From positions 18,104,001-18,168,000 of the forward strand of contig CM022672.1 in NCBI GenBank assembly GCA_012295275.1: a stretch of 64,000 bases of DNA, given 5' to 3'. Below are positions 1 through 13,608 of the stretch, piece after piece. The notes under the pieces are model-generated. The model saw only the letters and a list, made by a program, of their open reading frames with translations, was not told the DNA's origin and searched no databases. Position numbers and translations under genes: made by a program. Position 1 is the stretch's first letter. Every line of letters starts with the position of its first letter. This stretch comes from Chrysomallon squamiferum. Taxonomy: Eukaryota; Animalia; Mollusca.

Positions 1-277
1 TGAGTTGCATAGTTGCCTGTAAAGTTGATACTGAATTTGTGCTTGAATTAACAAAGAATAAATTAATAGATATAAAATAATACATACAGAAACACTTTAA
101 AAAGCAACTTAAAATTAAATGTAAATAAATATATAAATATATAAATAAACCAGCAAACAAGCCAATAAATAAATAAGTAAATAAATAAATAAATAAATAA
201 ATAAACAAACAATATTTTTATTTAGCTATGAAATTCTTTCTGCAAATTCAGGTGTATTTAATAACAAAAGAAATTTC

Positions 278-319
<42 letters not shown>

Positions 320-365
320 GAAGGAAAACAAAATACAGACCTTTATGATGGTTAGAGATTCTCAC

Positions 366-383
366 GTCTGTTTGTTCAGACAT
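366..383 (-). CDS. Possible first coding exon (MSEQTD) of a gene running off the left edge
   Basis: On the minus strand a pyrimidine tract and CCAG acceptor (392-393) precede ATG TCT GAA CAA ACA GAC, then a GTGAG donor (365). A possible upstream non-coding exon ends at a GTGAGT donor near 1978. Only splice signals support this. Confidence 0.3.
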
Positions 384-660
384 TGAGGTCACTGGGTCAG
401 ATAAAGAAGGGTAGGTAAAGTAAGTAAATAAAGTTTAAAACAAGAAAAGCACGCACTTAATGGCAATACGTTATCGTATCATTTTAGCTTTTCTGTTTTT
501 TTTTTTTTTGCAGGAAGCTTTTCCAGCCTCGAAGAAATCAAAGCTCAGTGTGATATCTGTTCAGATGATGTGAATTAAATACGTTCATTTGTTTCCGTCT
601 AAATATCTTTTATATATGTATTATTTTTTTTTATTATTATTTTTATTATTATTATTATTA

Positions 661-743
<83 letters not shown>

Positions 744-1035
744 TTTTTAATATTATTATTATTACTAATATTATTATTACCGTGATTATTATTGTTGTTG
801 TTGTTGTTGTTGTTTTCGTCGTTGTTCTTCTTCTTCTGTTCCTCCTGCTACTTCTTTTTCTTTTTTTGTCTTCTTCTTCTTCTTCTTCTTCTTCTTCTTC
901 ATGTTCTTGTTTTTCTTTTTGACCTTGTCCTTTTCTCCTCCTGCTCCTCCTCCATCTCCTCTTCTTTCTCCTCCTCCGTCTTCTTCTTCTTCTTCTTATT
1001 ATTATTAAAAAAAAACCATATATAATAATAATTAA

Positions 1036-1067
<32 letters not shown>

Positions 1068-1496
1068 TTCATTAATTTTTGTTGGTACGTTATTATAATT
1101 ATTAATAACGTTGACTTGGTCTGTTGTGGTATTTTATACGTGCAGTTGTGATATTTTATACGTGCAGTTGTGAAAGCATAAATATTATCTGCTTCTATAA
1201 ACATTTATCATTATTAATCAGTTGAATCATTTCTAAACAGTTAATACGCTAACTGTTGTTTCATTTATGTAGAAACTGAAAATACATCGACAACAGTCAA
1301 TATGTGTTAATTATATTTATTTAATATTTACTTCCTTTCTTTTTCTTTCTTTCCTTTTTCTTTCTTTTTTTTAAATCGTAGCTTGACAGTAAAATAATTA
1401 CAGTGGGTAGATGATGCATATAGACTCCCATCATTTTCTTTTGTTTTGTTACTTCAGTTTGCACAAAGATAAATATTAATGAATATTACAAAAACC

Positions 1497-1535
<39 letters not shown>

Positions 1536-3161
1536 ATAATAATAATAAAATAAAATAAACAAATAAAATAAATAAATAAAATAATAACAAAAAATAATAA
1601 CAAAATAAAATAAAATAAAATAAAATAAAATACATAAATAAAATAATGAATTAGTCAAATAAAACGCAATAAATTTTGAAATTACAATTGGACAACCTTA
1701 TTACAAAACAACACTCTGCACTCTTCTGACCACATAACCCCACCCCCACTCCCACACCCAACCCTTAACCATGGAGTGACCTCCACACGTCCACGATAAC
1801 CGCACGCACTAGTCATTTTAATAGTTCTGAATTAATAACATAATTCGGTGGGACAAATATCATTATTACGTCTAAGAAGAAAATCACACGTTAAATCCGG
1901 CTATCGTTTGCAATCGCCTTACGCCATATGACGTTCATTGTGAAGTAATTTCCACCTGTCGATCTCTTTAAAACTCACAGAACAATATTAAAAGTTCATC
2001 GCAGGTCTCGGTGAGGCGGCCCGGTGAGCGAGTGTAGGGCGTAATATCCTTCAGATCCGTGTGAAATTAAGATATCTGTTAATCATTGCCGTGTGGCTTA
2101 TGCTGGCTTAGAGCCGTGACCCTCTAACAGAAACGGCGTTCTCTGGATCAAAGCTGGGGTATGGAAGCATGAATAGATTATATCCAATCTGCCATGCAAT
2201 CTCGAAGAACGACTGCAGGCCTGCCGTTTGCTTCGGTCCTTAGTTACCACAAATTAAAAAAAAAAAAAAAAGAAAAAAGAAACAGTTATGCGACAGCTGG
2301 GATAACGGTTTTTCTTCTTTTTTTTTTTTTTTTAAAGTAGAAGAAGAAGAATATATCTCTCTGAAGCTCCCCTGAAATGGATTCTGAAAACAATTGTGTA
2401 AACTGATCTATCCACTTGGTTTAATATGTCAATCGAGAGGAGCTTAACTGTGTATCACCGGAACTCACTGCATGCAGGTTACACATTAACAAGTTAAAGT
2501 GTGCCAAACGTTGACAATACCTTAAACGCAAACTGCCAACAGAGAAATGGAAATGTTCAAAAATATATAGCATTCAACGATTTTCAAAATTTACGTTATG
2601 CTGGATCACGTAATAAAGAGCTTTGTGATAAAGCTGATATTCTGTGTAATATAATTTCGTTATAACCTGTTTGGTTCGGAGTATTTCCTTATTGAAGACG
2701 TTAAAACAATAGATTGATAATGTTTTCCTGACCAAGATGATTAAATGTTGAAAAAGTGATCCAAATATTCTTGTTAACTATTTTCTAGACTTGTAAAAAA
2801 AATAAAAAATTAAGAGTGGTCTCTAGGAAACATTATCCCACATGAATAAAGTATTTGTTATGATCAAGCTTTATTTTATAATTTTTCGTCATAAAAGGTG
2901 AATCACTAAATATACAGGATATAGATGCAGATTCGATATTTAAATAAATTTAAATCTATTTTCTAGAGGTTTCTAATTGGAACTGTGATATAAACTGAAC
3001 TTCACACTTCCGATTTGATCAACAAGAAACAAAGAAGGAAAAACAGAAAGAAAGAAAAGAAAAAAGAAAAAGAAACATAAACCAAGAAAGAAGGAAAGAA
3101 TAAGAAGTAAAATGTTTTCACAAATATAAATTTGTTGTTTGTGCTTTAACCTTCTCGAAGA

Positions 3162-3806
3162 ATGCCTAGTCCAAGAAACGACTGTACGTCACTTCCGGTG
3201 ATATTTGATAAAACGTCTAGAAATGAACTGGGGAAATATTCCAGCGGCAAACACAAACATAAGAAAGACAAGAAAATTCCAGCAATCTTTGAAAGTGACG
3301 TTACACAGCTACAAAACATATTCAAAACCGATGTCTCCGCAATTACAGGTGAATATTCAGTAATGAACTTTTGTCAGTATTTCATTTTCTTCATTTTTAT
3401 ATATTTAATTATTGTTGTTGTTGTTGCTGTTGTTATTGTTGTTGTCGTTGTCGTTGTTCTTATAATAATAATAATTTAAATTAACAGAAAAATAAATAAC
3501 GTGATTTTTTAAAAGTTTTTATAATTATTTTAATGTTTGCTATGAACATATTACGGTACGATTAAATAGTCTTTATATTACCGTGTGATTTATAAAAATA
3601 AAAAAACCCGTCTCTGCACATAATCTTCTGCTAACAGTGAACAGTTTAAGAGTAAAACAATAAGCCTGAAACGATGTTTGTACTTTTCCATTTTCCATTT
3701 TTGTTATAAATTGTGTCATCTATTGAGTACTAATAGCAGAAAATGGTGTTTAAAAATAGTGGTAACTGATTCCGTAATTATTATTATTATTATTATTATT
3801 ATTTTT

Positions 3807-3878
<72 letters not shown>

Positions 3879-4607
3879 TATTACCATTTATATAAAACAT
3901 TTTCTTTTTCTAAATTTAATAACAGGTTTCATTAAAATATTTCGAGCTATTGGTTATATTTATTCATTAACGTTTGTGGTTGAATAAATATCTCTTCTTT
4001 CGTTTCTGGTTGTTTCAGGAGGACCTCTTCCTGTCATCCCAGATGTCCAAGAGGAGCAGGAAGTTGTCAAAGCAGCTGCCAGACCAAGGACGTGCATGCC
4101 GGACATAAAACAGACTGCGGATTTGTTTCAAACAAGAAACCAGGCACTGCTGCACACACAGTGCAGCAGAATATCGCCGAGAAATCAAACGGGTTACGTT
4201 TACCCGAAACCAACGTAAACAAAGACGTTGTTAATACCGCTGTTCGCGGAGAAAGCAGAGACATTTCGGCCGAACGAACTCGAAGAGGAAGAACGCACAG
4301 TAAGTCAGATCTGGAAAAGCTGACTCACGGCGTGACGTCACTGCTAACAAGTGACAAAGACCCTGACGTCACCAGACGATCGGCTTCGTTTTCTGACCGC
4401 CACGTCCAGGAGAGGAAGAGAAAGAGTAAAGGCTACCCAAAACTGACCCGAGAGGCTCTGGCGTCGAACTTCTTGACTCCCGTCTCGCGCTATTCCAGGA
4501 TTTATAACTGGCTGGTGGACTGTAATGGCAAGATTGAGAAACCAGAACTCGAATCTGTACCATCTCATCTTCCCGATATTAGTTTAACATGTAAGCAAAA
4601 TCATTAG
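3162..4607 (+). CDS. Uncharacterised, probably disordered protein; two coding exons with an apparent frameshift in exon 2
   Basis: Exon 3161/3162-3348 follows an AG and ends at a CAG|GTGAAT donor. Exon 2 starts at 4019 after TTTCAG. The spliced frame stops at 4216-4218, while the -1 frame is open from 4020 to 4607. The region is GC-richer than its flanks. No family recognised. Confidence 0.5.
3809..3875. repeat. (CT)n microsatellite
   Basis: Pure CT run in the intron of the orphan gene. Confidence 0.95.
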
Positions 4608-5389
4608 ACGTTGTAAATCCGTTTTGTCATCTAAAATGCATGTATATATATATATATATCAGTGGTTATCCGTGAGATCTTAACTGTGATTTTGTTTCTT
4701 TGGAGGATAAAATTTGAAATCAGTGCTGTAGCATGCAGTTCTTAGAAAATAACAGTCATTCGCAGTAACTATGACACTGAACAGAGTCAAAGATAGGATA
4801 TATTTATTTTCTTCTCGTTCGTCACGGCAAATAACTTCTGTTATATAGCTATATTTGCAATGAAACGAAAACTTCTGTTTGAAAACTACGATTATATACC
4901 ACAGTACATTAAATAAATCGAAGGATAATTACTGCAACGCAATTCTTACAGGTTTTTTTTACTAATATATACGGTATTTCTATTAAAAGAACAATTAGTT
5001 CAATTTATTAGTAATATTACTACAATATAGCAAAGATAAAAAAATAAACTAAAATTGAATATTCGTCTGATTTTGATCAAGAAACGAATGACCTAAATAT
5101 ATTTTCTTTACTTGCAAGTTACGTAATTTTTTTTTTTTTTACAACCAACCTTCGCTAGTAATAATGTATATACATTTTATAATTCATTTTGTAAATTTTA
5201 AATTAGTTAACAAACCGTCATATCACGTCAATGTATTTTGCAAAAAATCAGAACACAAAACAAATGAGTACTGTCAAATGAATTTATAACTGAAGTAAAA
5301 TGTTGATGACAGAAATAAAACAACCAATACAAAGGACGGAATGTATTTATTTATAAATACAGTAATAACGTACTACATATAAAAACGAA

Positions 5390-5945
5390 ATAACAATCCA
5401 TTACATATCTCTGTACTGTATTTTTCACAATGTCACAGTAACAAACCATTACATTTTGGTGTTGTATTTTTTCCTTTATAAGCATTGTAATAAATCATTA
5501 TAGTTCAGTACATCATTTTTACATTTATAAACTTTGTAACAACCCATTAAAATTCCTTATAGCATTATTACATTTATAAATTTTGTAACAACCCATTATA
5601 ATTCAGTACAGCATTTTCACATTTATAAATTTTGTAACCACCCATTATAATTCAGTACAGCATTTTTACATTTTTGAATTTTGTAACAACCCATTATTAT
5701 TGAGTACAGCATTTTCACATTTATAAACATTGTAACAACCCATTATAATTCAGTACAGCATTTTCACATTTATAAATTTTGTAACAACCCATTATAATTC
5801 AGTACAGCATTTTCACATTTATTAATTTTGTAACAACCCATTATTACTCAGTACAGCATTTTTACATTTATAAACATTGTAACAACCCATTAGATCTTTC
5901 TACTGTAGTTTTTCGTTTATAAACAGACTGACAATCCATTAATAT
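5390..5945. repeat. 49-bp minisatellite, about 8 well-conserved plus about 4 degenerate units
   Basis: The AACCCATTA anchor recurs at 5541, 5590, 5639, 5688, 5737, 5786, 5835 and 5884, exactly 49 bp apart. Degenerate anchors lie at 5443, 5492 and 5933. Confidence 0.95.
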
Positions 5946-6387
5946 TTTTTTTAAACATGCTTATATTTAAACATTCAAATCACCAGATTGTAACATATAA
6001 CCTTTGGTATTTTTTTTCCTGTGTTCATTACATTTCAAGTTCTATTTTTAATTATTTGTAATCACCCATTACATATTTAAAAATAAAAAACAATTTTAAT
6101 GTGTTGAAATTTCTTCAGTTTTCTTGATTCCGTGTAGTAATTCATTGTCAAACTTTCTTTTCAACTACATTAAGATTTAAACATTGTATTTAAAAACTGT
6201 GTTGTAAATGAATCAACCAGGTAAATGACTAAAAGCAAAATAACAAAAAGCCATCTTTAGTCTCATTGTTGTGACTGTTAATTGTATTTTATCTAAAATT
6301 TTCATCACAGAATTATGCTAATATGTGTTAACAACATACTTCATTCTTTCTGAATAAAAATTTTGAATTTATAAAGAATTTAACGAA

Positions 6388-7335
6388 ATTTTAATATTTA
6401 TTAGTAGATTTCTGTATTAGATTTTTAGCCATAGCTGATCTTGTTTATAATTTACAATCATTCTGAAATATGAAAATGTGAAACTATTAATTCTGAATAT
6501 TTTTGTAGCCCATGATACTTGACCTATACTGGATTTTTCTGTTTTAAATAGATTTTACCTTATCAGTAATGCCACGTAAGTAATTTTACTTTGATATTTA
6601 AATTTCTTACATATGGGATCACAGATGTATGATCCCATATATAAGAAATTTAAATATCAATAAAAAGTTGTGACTATAATCAGTTTTACAACACATTTTT
6701 ACAACATTTAAAATACTTTTAAAACAAATCATGTCTTTCCAAAAACAAAACAGTTAAACTGTAACAGGCTTTATTGTGATTAATCAAATGCTGTTTTGTA
6801 ACTATTACATAAAAATTTACATCAGAGGGTAAAATTTGTTGAATAATTTTATCAAAGATGGATGAAATGGTGATTGACGAAACACCAGACAGCAAATCTC
6901 AAACACAAGACATTTTATCACAGTACATGTAAAATATGATACAGGTGCTACACAATATAAAATCAGTTTAAAAAAGAAAGCATAAAAACAAAACAAAAAA
7001 CAAGCAACAAATAATAAAAAAATGAAATCCATTGCTATATACCTAACACACACAAAAGTGTGAATGAATGAAATGCCTTGGGCTTGGTATTGGAAATATC
7101 CTCTTGTAACTTCTGATAACATTATTACATACTTACAATACGAAATGGAGAATGAATGAAAGGCCCAAGGCCAGCTCTTCAATGAGTCCATTGATAACTA
7201 ACACTGGAACACTATTTCTATACCCTACATAATGCCACTCTAAGTAATCACATAAGTGTGTAAGGCAAGTCCATTATACACAGAACAACATTTCTGCATA
7301 AATGGAATATGTCGTGAATTTGTATGTGATCACTG
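6388..7335 (+). repeat. Diverged dispersed duplicate, copy A (partner 21742-22545)
   Basis: Colinear shared blocks such as CTTGTTTATAATTTACA, TTATCAGTAATG-CACGTAAGTA, TGATAACTAACACTGGAACACTATTTCTATAC and CATTTCTGCATA occur in the same order and orientation in both copies. Confidence 0.9.
6591..6660 (-). other. 31-bp inverted repeat (hairpin)
   Basis: Arms 6591-6621 and 6630-6660 are reverse complements with one mismatch, which becomes a G-U pair on the minus strand. Confidence 0.9.
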
Positions 7336-8858
7336 CAAGAGCCTACGCTAATAATACCAATGCTAACTTGCCACAATAATGTTACTTGAAAGTCACATAC
7401 AGATGTCACATTTAATATCTTGTTACAAATACCATAAACTGAAAGAATACCCAAATATAAAAGTCAAAAAACAGATTAATTGTAAGCGTTAACAAAGAAT
7501 TTAGACTATTTGCTTAAAACTAAAAATTTATTACAGAAAAAGTGAACTTTTAAAAAGTAAAACTGAAATAGCATAATTTGTATGATATTATTTTTATTAG
7601 CCTCAAAGCATAAAGACTTTGTGGTGTTTTGACTACAGGCACTTATGGACTAACAACAGGTCATGATGTGAGAGAAATATGTTTTTACACATGAATATTT
7701 TATCTATACATATATGCAGTCTCTTAGTTTCCTAAGCATGTGTGCATGTAATGTTTACTTAAGTGTTATATTATTTTTAAAATTTATTTTTTTGCATCTC
7801 TGCCTCTAAATGATGATGATGATAATAATTAAGAAATAAAACTATCATGATTTTTTCCTTTCTTTCTTGACAGAACTATGGTTGTTTTATTACATTGTTT
7901 TTTTTTGTTCAAGGAACCAGTGCTTTGATTTAAATTTATAATAACTTAGTTACTCCTTCACTGACATTTACGAGAATGTAAATAAAACAGATTTACCAGT
8001 GTACAGCACTCTGTGTTTTTTTTTTTTAATTGATAAGCAAAATGTTTTTAGATATTATTTTTTGAAGTGTAATTCTGGCAGTACAGATTGTGTATATACC
8101 ATGTCCTTTCATGTGATTATTGTGTTTGTTTGTCGAGACTAACCTGTGATGAAAGTAGAATATAACGACATCTTCAAATTGCCAGTTTTCCTTTCATTTT
8201 AAAGGCTATCATTAGTTAAACTACTTTTAAAGAATTATTTGTCTGTGTCTAGCTGTTTCTTACATACACACACATGCAATTACCTAATTCTTAAGCTTCC
8301 ACTTTAAAGAATTTAAAGAGAATCTGATACAAAATGACACAGAGAAACTAAACAATCAATTTTGATTCTATTAGCTGTTAATTACATACAGTCTGACCAC
8401 ATTAAAGCTTCAAGGAGTACACAGTGTTAGAAGAAGAGAATGTTATGGAATGCAGTGTTCTTAATTTAACAAGTGTCTTGCCAGGCAAATACACAGCTCA
8501 GACGTAATTAACATCAGTAGTCAGGGAAGCCATTGGTCTCCATAACAACAATATATTTTATATATATATATCTTATAATTCTTAATTTTTGTTTTCATTC
8601 AGAAATAAAAATTCTAAATGCAACAATTTTAAGGCTAAAATAAACTATTTTATAATTTATTAAAAAAATGGGATTTCAGAATAGACTGATGGACTGTAAT
8701 ATATATTCTACGTTATTTTATTGTCTACAAAATATTGGATTTCCCATAATGGATTCTCTAAAGTTCTCCTGGAGATCTACAAAACTGTAAATACTAACAA
8801 AATATCTTGTCGTAACATATAAATATATTTTAAAAAATAAATAAATATTATAAGAACT

Positions 8859-9565
8859 TCATCGCCCAAATGGTACTGTTCTGTTTGGTGGGCTCCAGGC
8901 AGGACGCTCTTCAAGTTCTCTCTCCAGAAGTTTCCTTCTGTACCTCTCTTCCTTCTCCCTTTCCTCCTGAAAAAAACAAAACAAAATTAAACACATTTAT
9001 ATTTATACACTGATAGTAATAACAAGCAATGGTACTGGTACTGATCAGTGATAATAATGGAGTTGTTATGACGTACTAGTACTGTTAAAAGTAACATCTG
9101 TTAATACCTAGTAACTGTAATAGCTGGTAGTATCAGTGTAGTGTGGACTGATAATATCACTTTCATGTGGTAATGATATGTAATGTAGCAGTATAACATA
9201 GATTATTGTAATAATAATAGTAATAGTATTATCAGTATTATTACCTTCTCTTTAAGCCATCTGTTGTATTTTTTCATTGCTTCTCTTTCCTTCTTTTCTC
9301 TTTCTTCCCGTTCACGTGTTTTAAGTGTTTCCTTCAGTTTTTTCTCCTTAACCACTTTTTCTATCAAATCTGGGTCCTTTTTATTTTTCCTGAAAAATAA
9401 AGAAATAAATATTTGTAAAATTATATATATATAAACATTCAGATGTGGTGATACTATGCCTCTCAAAGTTTTTAAGTACATTATAACTTATAACTGTGTG
9501 AAGATGTTGAAAGAAAACTTATAAATTCAGATCACGAGCACACACACACACACTCACACACACAC

Positions 9566-9603
<38 letters not shown>

Positions 9604-10008
9604 TTGTTTTCTGCAATTAATAATGACAGACTATATTAATACCCATTCTACCATGTCTCATGGAAAATACTTGATTCTTAATTGTCTAACAAGTCATTTC
9701 TGAGGTGACAAACAGTGATTATTTTTCATTTATCACCTTTAATTTATTAAATTCATTTTTTACGTGTCATTCATTGCTTATTGAATGATGCAGACAACAC
9801 TATCCATGTAGCACATCTTAGCTGTTTTCATTAGTGTTTTAATTTATTTCTTCAATTCCATTACACTTAAACACTGACGAAATTAATTTTCAATAAAACA
9901 ATTAGTCTAAAATGAAAATAGTGTCAGTTATTGTTTGTGTGATTTTATCCTTTAAAATTTCTTAAGCAGCATTTAACTATCCATCTCATCACTATAAAGT
10001 ATTCAGTA

Positions 10009-10045
<37 letters not shown>

Positions 10046-11688
10046 ATCATTTGCAGATCTAAACATGTTAATTCCACAGCAAGCTGTTTGAAGAATGAAA
10101 TCATTAATTTTTTTTTTTTTTTTCTCTGATGTATGAAACATAAACACACTTTAATTTTCCAAAAAAATGGAAGGCTTAGACTAACCATGACACAAATGCT
10201 GTGGTATTTTTTTTTTCTTTATTTCTCCTCTCTATGGCTTCCCTTTCTTCCTTTTCGCGCTGCTCTCTTATTTTTTCTTTTTCTCTCTCTTTCAGCAGCT
10301 GGTCTTTCTTCTCTTTCCACGTTTGAAATGTCTGCCAACAAAATATCACCCAACAGTTTTATTGAGATCAGAATTTTTAAGGTGGAAAACTGTTAATTTA
10401 GAATTGGAAATATTTTAATTTTAAACAGAATGTATGTTATGTGTGTTATCTTATTGTTATTTTAAAATTAGTATGAAATGCATTAACTTATTAGCAAACT
10501 GCAGATCTGTTTTTCATTTGTAAGAGAAAATAATTTTTTAATTTTTTTTTTATATATATTCTGAGGTAATAATTACTTTTCAGTCTTATTCTTTTGCTGT
10601 ATATGACTAGTTGTAAATTTTTTACACAGAACACAATGATTTGGTAATATCACAGGTTTAATCAAACCTATTCAGATGGGTTATTTCCCAATATACCAGT
10701 GTGTTTTATAAAGTGGGATATCAAAGACTTTGTCACTGAATATGTTTATAAAACATATTCAACACATTTGACATGTCCTTGCACAGTTCAGAAGAATTTA
10801 CACTATAACATTAATTAAAAAAAAACACCAAAACCCAACTAATTTGAACAGATTACTGATAAAAACAGTGTAACACACCTTCTCCATGTCTTTTATTTTA
10901 TCTTTCCTGTCCTGCTCTTCTTTTTCTTTCTTTTTCCTTTCTTCCTCTCTCTTTTTCTGTGCTTCTTTTCTCAATCTTTCTTTCTTCTTTTCAGCCCACG
11001 ACTGAAATGCAATATCACCACCCTCAAGTTTCTCTTTAAGCTTCTGCAAAATAAGAGGATTCGATCTTAGCTTGACATAAAAACCACAGTTTACTTTCTT
11101 GTTTTTGTTTAATCACAGTCCTTGGAAATACAAAATACACTTCTTTCATAAACATACATTTGAACCTACACTAATAAAAAAATCACATTTCAATGATCCC
11201 TGAGTTGTCAATTCATTTTCAGTATTTATGAGTGAGTGAGTTAAAAAAAAAAAAATGAATGTGCTAATCAGATTAAGCTGTTGTGAAGCACATGCCTGTG
11301 GCAGACATGTTTCTTGATGATGCCAGGGGGCATCTCTGTTGCAGATCACGAGTTGTTTAAAATCCATGCATTTGTATTTGAAATTTACTGCACACTTTTA
11401 GTCCTGATTTGGTTTGCAGTTTCCACATCCTTAAAATGAGTTATTTTTAAAAGAGGAAGATTTTATGAATATTAAAAATACAAAACAATATAATGTGACA
11501 ATACTGTTGTCATTAACTCAATTTTCAAAAAGAAACACAAGATACATAATAAAATTAAAACCTTTGCTTTTTCTTTTTTTTTTAATAAAATAACCATTAT
11601 TTCATTTTAGAACTATTCTTTTGATGCTTTTTTGCATAAAAATATTGTTATGGTAGGTAAATATTCTTTTAGCATAAAGGATGTACTC

Positions 11689-11734
<46 letters not shown>

Positions 11735-12175
11735 AATTTTAAAATCCTAATTATAACAACAGATAACAATGTAGTGAATAAAAGCTATTCTTCATCAAAG
11801 TACATGATTACAACATCATTTCATTCTGAATAATTATCACCTAATTCTAATATTATTTTCATTTTATGTATCGTACCCTTTTTCTCTCTTCTTCCTCTTC
11901 TTTTTCCTTCTTCTTCTGTTCCAAAGCCTTTCTTTTGGCTTCTTTCATTCTCTCCCTGTACCACTCTTCGTAGACAGCCTGCCTGATGGAAACTGTGTCG
12001 TTAAAATCCTTCACCGTTTCTTCTGTTGACTGGCCAGGCATTGTGGGATAGCGTGGCTGAGGTCGATGTTTTGGTATTTTTTTATCTTTTGTTGCAGACC
12101 TGAAAATAATAAATAACAATAGAAGTAACAACAACAATAGTAACAACAATAATAATAATATAAAATAATAACAAT

Positions 12176-12208
<33 letters not shown>

Positions 12209-13549
12209 AATAATAATACTAATAACATGAAAAAAAAGAGAAAAAATCCAGACATCACAGAGTTCATTGATTGTAAGAACTTTTTAAAAAAAAGAATGCT
12301 GTTTTTACTTGTTATAAAATGTTTGTGTGAAACATAGCTGACAAAGTAAAACAATATAAAAACATTAAATATTTTTTCATATATGTGTAAGAAAAATGTA
12401 TTAAAATCAGGATATTTCAGACATATTCTTTAAGTTTTAATGTATTTCGAAAAGGAATATACGGATGTTAAATTTAATCATTTAATTTACATGCAAGTTG
12501 TTTGCATATCATGTAGCTAATTTCTATGGTTTAGTTCTAAATTTTATATATATGTGTACTGACAGTACAGTGAGTATTTGAATAAATATAGCTAACCAAA
12601 ACTAATATATTTTTGGGGGGGTGTCAAATTTCACTCCTAAAATAACTCTGGTCATATTTTATCCCTAATAAAATAGATTCAAACAATACTGAAGGTCCCA
12701 TGTAGTAATGTGAATTGGTATATTAATTTATCGTTCCCACCAACATAGGTTCATGTGAATTTTATGCTATGATATGTGTCTGGGAAGAGTATAAGGTTAA
12801 AACTGAATAATAATTTTTAAAAAAAAGGATATGTTAATATAAACTGATATTATTCATTAAAGAGGAAAAACAGAAAATCACAAAATTTTTACTATTTCAG
12901 GATGAGAATACTTTATCCGAAATGCTTGGAACCAGAAGCATTTTGGATTTTGGATTTGTTTTGAAATTTTGGAGAACAAGTCTAAATATAAATTGTATTT
13001 ATATTTCATATACATCTTATACCAGTAAGGTGCAGGATTTTTAATACAATCTTTTTATAAAATAGTGCATAAAATAAGATTTCTCAAAGGGAAACAATCC
13101 AAAATCTGTCAGACTATTTCTGACGTTTGGAAAAGGTTTCGTATTTTGGAATCTTGAATAAGGTTGCTCCAACTGGATTATTATTTCTAAACCATAATTA
13201 TATTAAACTGATATTTAAACATTTAACACAATACACACAGACATGCATGACGCTGTCTTTGAAATAAAAATAAACTATTAAAAAAAAGATTCACATTTTT
13301 ATCAGTGGGAACATTAAAAAAAATCCTTTTAACAAGATTTAAGTATGTTCACAAAAAATAATACTTATGGGTTTAAGAGTGTTTGCAGAAAGTGCTGAGT
13401 AGATGGGTTTTTTTTTTTTTTTAAATCATCCAAGACTTACTTCTGTCTTTGTTTTTCATCTGGTTCAATGTAAGACATCTGAGCATCAGCTACTTCACAG
13501 ATTGCATCATCAGCCTCTTTTCTGTCAGACCGCTGGTTTTTATTTCTTA

Positions 13550-13608
<59 letters not shown>

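Noticed and set aside
620-1660. ORFs 792-1025, 899-1204 and 1476-1658, and similar poly-L/Y/I/N ORFs elsewhere (12082, 13403, 20522, 48984, 52242, 55694, 58766, 59286)
   Set aside because: They are translations of (ATT)n, (CTT)n, (TTG)n and (TATG)n microsatellites, or intron read-through of real exons.
4085-4218. Antizyme-type or -1 programmed frameshift site
   Set aside because: No UCC-UGA shift site, no in-frame X XXY YYZ heptamer, and no antizyme similarity.
5390-5945. CRISPR-like regular periodicity
   Set aside because: Whole units repeat with no unique spacers, there are no cas genes, and the context is eukaryotic.
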